From contig CAVWIP010000015.1 of the NCBI GenBank assembly GCA_963755125.1, positions 96,001-160,000 on the forward strand: a stretch of 64,000 nucleotides of DNA, read 5' to 3'. Numbering within the stretch: the stretch's first letter is position 1; the number at the start of each line of letters is the position of its first letter. This DNA is from an uncultured delta proteobacterium. Its GTDB lineage: Bacteria > Myxococcota_A > Polyangia > Fen-1088. A model generated the notes under the pieces. The model was not told the origin of the DNA, did no database searches, and saw only the letters and a list, made by a program, of their open reading frames with translations. This document shows, one piece after another, positions 59,761 through 64,000 of this stretch. Both the position numbers and the translations under genes were made by a program.

Positions 59761-61692
59761 ATGAGCATGCGTACAAAGGTTCTGCTCGGAGCGTTCTTGA
59801 CGATTTCCCTGCTGCCGCTGCAGGCCCGGGCTCACTTTTGCGACGATCTCTGGGCGGGGAGCTACGACATCGTGGTTCGGCCCGCGACAGACACCGTCAC
59901 TCTCTCATCGTCGGGCACGGCGACGATGAACATCACGGTCCAGAACAACATGGGCTTTGCGCTCATCAATTTTGTGCTGACGGCCAAGATTGGCAACACC
60001 GCGATCGCGGCAACCCGGCAGACGGGGAAGATTTCCGGGACCACGTTGCATCCTGGCGAGAGGGCGCAGTACGCCCTGGCAGTCACAGGAACCGCGGGTG
60101 GGTCGGTCCCGATCGAGAACATCAGCTTCTTCGTCAGTTTTGGCAATTCTGGCGAAACCGCCTGCTACCCCACCAAGGGTGCAAACGCGGTGATGGTGAA
60201 GAAGACAGACGGGACGCTCGTCCCTACGGGTACCCCGCCGGGTCTCAGCCCTGCCGTCGACCCCGGAACAGCCAACGGGGGAACTTGCACCGGTGAAATG
60301 GACCAAGCGCGGGCGCTCCAGTACGCCCCTGAGGCGGATTTCATCGACATCGACACCGGATTGAATAGCTTGATGACGTACTACTGCGCGGGACGCGGTT
60401 CGTGGAACCAGAACAGCGACGCGGTCACTGCGGCTGCGTGTACCGGTACTGCCATCAACTGCACCGCGGCGACGCGGACCCTGGGCACAGGTTCGGGAAC
60501 CAAGTATGACTACGCTCACCTGTGGGGATCTCTGGAACTCGCCGTGCGGAAGAGTTCCCTCGGGGCCACCCGTCTCGCCACTTTGCGGCTGGCGCTGCAA
60601 TGTGGGGCCGGTGACGCGAACACCGGTTTCGCGGGCTTTGCCATGATGATGCTCGGCTACCTGGGCGATGATCCGGGGGCGCGCACCTTCCTCACGGGAA
60701 AGGCCGGCGGGACCGGTGACTTGGCCACCATCGCCAAGGCGGCGCTGCTCCTCTTCGGCACCGCGGCCGACGTCAGCAACTACGAGGCCGCGGTCACGGC
60801 TGGGCTGACCGGCGACGTGTTCGTGTCCGCAGCCTGCGCGGCTGCGCTGGGTATCGTGGAAAATGACGACGCGCACGTGACCTCGGTCTTGGTACCCGCG
60901 GCCAAGTGGACGGAGCCCGACACGAGTGACAATGGCCAGGGATTCTACGCACAACATCTGCTGGCACTTGTGGCGTGGGATCGTCGTGGCTGGGCGGCAG
61001 CGGCTGGAGACACGGGGACGGTATCCTTCTACGAGACCGGGACGACCCCGACTGGCGGCAGCACTGGAACAGGCGGGAGCACGGGCGCTGGCGGGAGCGG
61101 CGGGAGCTCGGCTGCTGGCGGGAGCTCGGCTGCTGGCGGGAGCTCGGCTGCTGGCGGGAGCTCGGCTGCTGGCGGGAGCTCGGCTCGCGGCGGAAGCACC
61201 GGGACGCCTGTTGGCGGGAGCTCGGCTGCTGGCGGGAGCACGGCTCGCGGCGGAAGCACCGGGACGCCTGTTGGCGGAAGCACTGGAACGCCTGTTGGCG
61301 GAAGCACCGGGACGCCTGTTGGCGGAAGCACTGGAATGCCTGCCGGCGGGAGCACTGGAACACCCGGCGGCGGGAGCACTGGAACACCCGGTGGCGGAAG
61401 CACTGGAACGCCCGTTGGTGGAAGCACTGGGACTACTGCCGGCGGAAGCCAAGGCAGCAGTGGCGTAACCGGCGGTGGCGGACGCACGGGGTCTGGAACC
61501 AGCGCGAGCACGGGCGGCGGCTCGGGTGCGCAGGGTGGAAATGGCGGCTCGCCAAGCAGCGGCACCGCCAAGCAAGGTGGGTCTGCGGGAGGGTGCGGCT
61601 ATGCACCATCTGGCCGGGCGACCATCCCGCTGGGCTTCACCCTGGCAGGCGTGGGAATGGCTCTGGTTGTGCGTCGCCGTCGGCGCCGCTAG
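59761..61692 (+). CDS. Secreted Cys-containing protein with Gly/Ser/Thr stalk and MYXO-CTERM-type anchor
   Basis: GAAGGAG RBS, signal peptide ending ARA|HFCDD, C-terminus GGCGY...hydrophobic...RRRRRR. Confidence 0.85.
   Translation: MSMRTKVLLGAFLTISLLPLQARAHFCDDLWAGSYDIVVRPATDTVTLSSSGTATMNITVQNNMGFALINFVLTAKIGNTAIAATRQTGKISGTTLHPGERAQYALAVTGTAGGSVPIENISFFVSFGNSGETACYPTKGANAVMVKKTDGTLVPTGTPPGLSPAVDPGTANGGTCTGEMDQARALQYAPEADFIDIDTGLNSLMTYYCAGRGSWNQNSDAVTAAACTGTAINCTAATRTLGTGSGTKYDYAHLWGSLELAVRKSSLGATRLATLRLALQCGAGDANTGFAGFAMMMLGYLGDDPGARTFLTGKAGGTGDLATIAKAALLLFGTAADVSNYEAAVTAGLTGDVFVSAACAAALGIVENDDAHVTSVLVPAAKWTEPDTSDNGQGFYAQHLLALVAWDRRGWAAAAGDTGTVSFYETGTTPTGGSTGTGGSTGAGGSGGSSAAGGSSAAGGSSAAGGSSAAGGSSARGGSTGTPVGGSSAAGGSTARGGSTGTPVGGSTGTPVGGSTGTPVGGSTGMPAGGSTGTPGGGSTGTPGGGSTGTPVGGSTGTTAGGSQGSSGVTGGGGRTGSGTSASTGGGSGAQGGNGGSPSSGTAKQGGSAGGCGYAPSGRATIPLGFTLAGVGMALVVRRRRRR
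61054..61450 (+). repeat. Coding tandem repeats: 18-bp (GGSSAA) and 24-bp (GGSTGTPV) units
   Basis: GCTGGCGGGAGCTCGGCT tandem copies then GGCGGAAGCAC(C/T)GG(A/G)ACGCCTGTT-type copies. Confidence 0.9.
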
Positions 61693-61834
61693 CGCTGGCA
61701 ATGAGCCTGCCTCAGTTCACCCGTCGCTCGGACCATGGGCCGCGGGTGACGGTATCCAACTATGTGTGGTCGGTCCGGATCATCGCTTGACTTGTGGCCT
61801 GGCTGCGCGGCATACATTCGCCCTCGACCACATT

Positions 61835-61876
61835 GCGCCCGTAGCTCAACTGGATAGAGCATCGGCCTACGAAGCC
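61835..61876 (+). tRNA. 5' fragment of tRNA-Arg(ACG), truncated after the anticodon loop
   Basis: GCGCCCGTAGCTCAACTGGATAGAGCATCGGC-CTACGAA-GCC matches the tRNA-Arg(TCT) at 39/42 nt; no T-arm or 3' acceptor strand follows. Confidence 0.85.
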
Positions 61877-62151
61877 CACGGGTAATTGTGCGCAATTGTT
61901 GGCAAAAATGCGCTATCCTCCGCAAAACAAGGGGGTTCAGTTGTGTGCGGCCACAGTGGGCGCGAACGGCTGCGCAAGGGCGATTGGGCAGGTTTTAGGA
62001 ACAAACAGCAACAGAATGGCAACAGTCGAGTTAGACTAACAATCCGTGGGCAGTCAGTCGGCTTGATCACCGGCTGACGGGCCGGGTAGCACTTCCCCCG
62101 GCCCAGCCCGCGGACCTTTCGGGTGGGAGTGCAGACCAGGGAAGTGCAACC

Positions 62152-63357
62152 GTGACAAGCCCGAAAAAGCAGCGCCAGGCGAAGCCAGCCAACGAAGGAC
62201 GGGCGATTGACGGGCAGGTGGGCAAGGATGCCCCGGACGGCGCGAACGCCCCGCCAGCGCAGGCGCCGAGGCCCGCCCCGGGCGCGCGGGCCGCACCGAC
62301 GAAGCGAGCCTTCGCAGCACGCGGGTTTGCGGCCCGGATGGGGAAGGGGGCCAAGGACGCGGCCAGGGGCACGCAGAAGCGAGGGGCGAGCGCTTGGCCG
62401 GTTGCCCGCCCGAGGCCAGCCGCGCTCAGGCTGACACCCGAGCAGCAAACGCAAGCCATAGCCGAGCACCTGAAGGCCCACCCGAAGCCCGCCACGCCTA
62501 TGCCGACTTCCGACGAAGCGATCCGACAGGTGCGCGACAAGTGGAACGCGGAGCACCCTGGTAAGCCCCTGCCAGCGCTGCGGGAACGCAAGACAGCCAG
62601 TGAGGCGAAGCCGCCCCCGGTGGGCAGCGAGGCCAGGGACGGCGAGAACGGGCCGCAGGCAAGCAGTGGAGCGGCCCGGGCGGCACAGGATGGCCAGGAC
62701 GACGCGAAGGCCGCGCAAACGAATCCCAGCGAGTCATGGCGGATCGCGAAACTACTCGACAGAGCGAACCACGTGAAGGGCGCCGCGGTATCTTCCGAAG
62801 GCGGCAAACTCGTTGTGAGGGGCAAGCTACCGCCGAAGCTGGCTGCGGCCATCCATGCGAACGAGGCCGCGATCCTGGAGTGTTTGGACGAGTCCCCCAG
62901 TGAAGTACTCGGCCCGGCCGCCTTTCTTGACTACAACGCGGCTTCGCCCCACCCGGCACCGGGTCAGATGGTTGTTTACCATGACCCGGCCGACTTTCAG
63001 GACTACAACGTGAACCCCGACGGCTCGGCGAAACCCCACCCGGCCCCGCCTCTGTGTGAGGGCGCGATTATCACACAGGGCAACACCCCAGAGCAGCGCC
63101 TCGCAGTTCTGCAACTCAATTACGACAATCTCGCCCTTCGCCTGAAAATCCATGGGGGCACGGTCAAGACGAAGGCCAAAGCCGAGGAGGAGCGCCGCAA
63201 GACACAGGCGATATTCGACAAGCACGCGGCGGGAAACAAAAGCCGGCCGAAGTGCATTGTTCTCACCGCGCGCGAGCGATACCCGAAACTCTCGATCACT
63301 ACCGCGATTCGCAAGGTGCGCCGCCAGTTGGAGCGACCGAAAATGACCAAGGGCTAG
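62152..63357 (+). CDS. Hypothetical mobile-element protein with a TubC_N-like segment
   Basis: 401-aa ORF, basic disordered N-half; GAAVSSEGGKLVVRGKLPPKLAAAIHANEAAILECL. Confidence 0.6.
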   Translation: MTSPKKQRQAKPANEGRAIDGQVGKDAPDGANAPPAQAPRPAPGARAAPTKRAFAARGFAARMGKGAKDAARGTQKRGASAWPVARPRPAALRLTPEQQTQAIAEHLKAHPKPATPMPTSDEAIRQVRDKWNAEHPGKPLPALRERKTASEAKPPPVGSEARDGENGPQASSGAARAAQDGQDDAKAAQTNPSESWRIAKLLDRANHVKGAAVSSEGGKLVVRGKLPPKLAAAIHANEAAILECLDESPSEVLGPAAFLDYNAASPHPAPGQMVVYHDPADFQDYNVNPDGSAKPHPAPPLCEGAIITQGNTPEQRLAVLQLNYDNLALRLKIHGGTVKTKAKAEEERRKTQAIFDKHAAGNKSRPKCIVLTARERYPKLSITTAIRKVRRQLERPKMTKG

Positions 63358-63433
63358 CCTTGTCCGCGTTTCGACAGCGCAAACCACTGTAGCGATTGTC
63401 TGTTGCATCTATTCGGTTCACAACAGAACCGAG

Positions 63434-63643
63434 ATGCTCGAACTACATCCCAGTCTGACCGCGACTGAGAAAGCAGCGCTCCGCTCCTACCTCGCGAGTT
63501 GCAAACACCGCTTTGCGGCCCAGGTGCTGGGACTGGCGCGCAATACGATTTACCGGGCGCTAAAGGGTGAGGAGCCCCTCCGGCCCGGCAGCGTCTTGCA
63601 GATCCGCGCCGGCCTGGCCGCGCAATCGGAGCCGACGCCGTGA
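63434..63643 (+). CDS. Small HTH DNA-binding protein (Cro-like)
   Basis: AAQVLGLARNTIYRALKG helix-turn-helix. Confidence 0.7.
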   Translation: MLELHPSLTATEKAALRSYLASCKHRFAAQVLGLARNTIYRALKGEEPLRPGSVLQIRAGLAAQSEPTP

Positions 63644-63708
63644 CGCTCGACGCCGCCCTTGCTGAAGTTGTGCGCGAGGCGGTTGCGCCGCTGGAGCCGC
63701 AGCGATGA
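63640..63708 (+). CDS. 22-aa mini-ORF MTLDAALAEVVREAVAPLEPQR
   Basis: GTGA overlap with the upstream stop and ATGA overlap with the downstream start. Confidence 0.45.
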   Translation: MTLDAALAEVVREAVAPLEPQR

Positions 63709-64000
63709 CAGGCGAAGCCGGCAGCATCGAAGCTGTCATAGCCGGCGCCGTAGTTGCGCAACTCATACCGGAAATTCAGCGAGTCGTCCGCGCCGAACTG
63801 GCCGCGCAGTTGGCGGCATTGCACGCGCCCGCCGCGCAAGCGCCCGAGCTGCTGTCAGTCCGCGAATTTGCGAAGCGGGCGGGATTGTCGACGTGCACGA
63901 TCCGCCGTCGCGTGGCCGATGAGAGCCTGCCGCACATCGTGGTGGGAACCACGATCCGCATCCCGTCGAGCGCGCTGCGGCCAGCGGACCCGGCGGACGT
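63705..64000 (+). CDS. Excisionase-family HTH protein (3' end outside window)
   Basis: Not in ORF track. MTGEAGSIEAVIAG...PELLSVREFAKRAGLSTCTIRRRVADESLPHIVVGTTIRIP is a Xis/HTH_17-type winged helix. Confidence 0.8.
   Translation, partial: MTGEAGSIEAVIAGAVVAQLIPEIQRVVRAELAAQLAALHAPAAQAPELLSVREFAKRAGLSTCTIRRRVADESLPHIVVGTTIRIPSSALRPADPAD

Larger units (their letters stand above)
61877..64000. mobile_element. Left edge of a putative integrative element/prophage satellite inserted in tRNA-Arg(ACG)
   Basis: tRNA break point, AT-richer att-like region with GCAACAG direct repeats, HTH and excisionase-like genes; integrase not in window. Confidence 0.7.

Noticed and set aside
61054..61450. 18/24-bp repeats as CRISPR or a non-coding array
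   Set aside because: Unit lengths are multiples of three and encode a Gly/Ser/Thr linker within a CDS.
59905..61701. 598-aa minus-strand ORF and the WRELGC/WRKHWN repeat ORF at 60975..61790
   Set aside because: Alternative frames of the Gly/Ser repeat gene; the 59761 frame has the RBS, signal peptide and anchor.
61787..61818. Sigma-70 promoter for the tRNA fragment (TTGACT...TACATT)
   Set aside because: The best -10 lies 20 nt from the -35; plausible but not supportable.
61877..62150. Group I intron in tRNA-Arg(ACG)
   Set aside because: The break is 3' of an intact anticodon loop, no intron core elements were recognised, and no 3' exon appears in the following 2 kb.

Overview
GC-rich bacterial chromosome segment. 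It looks like Myxococcota (Polyangia-like), judged from a MYXO-CTERM-type anchor, ECF/FecR cassette, DLDCD pilin and split Fo ATP synthase cluster; this placement is inference. Housekeeping blocks (cimA-thrC/aspartate kinase; prs-rplY-pth-rpsF-rpsR-rplI-dnaB; trxB; atpZIBE-ychF; dgt; amtB) alternate with envelope and accessory genes: two RND efflux systems, a type IV pilin, two Kelch lipoproteins, a GH97 homologue and an ECF-FecR-outer membrane protein-rhamnogalacturonan lyase operon. Most notable: (1) a ~9 kb block between two outward-facing tRNA-Arg sequences, coupling a WtpA/ModA-type oxyanion ABC transporter to a polyferredoxin membrane protein and a PQQ-type propeller, next to an ankyrin-Ig protein and a secreted protein whose predicted mature N-terminus is His-Phe-Cys-Asp-Asp; (2) a tRNA-Arg(ACG) cut off just after the anticodon by the edge of a probable integrative element that runs out of the window; (3) a TerB-like domain fused to a eukaryote-type PPP phosphatase; (4) a GH97 apparently lacking catalytic residues; (5) a gene with one in-frame TAG. 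No CRISPR array, rRNA, integrase or transposase was seen. All calls come from motif recognition by eye; no database searches were run.
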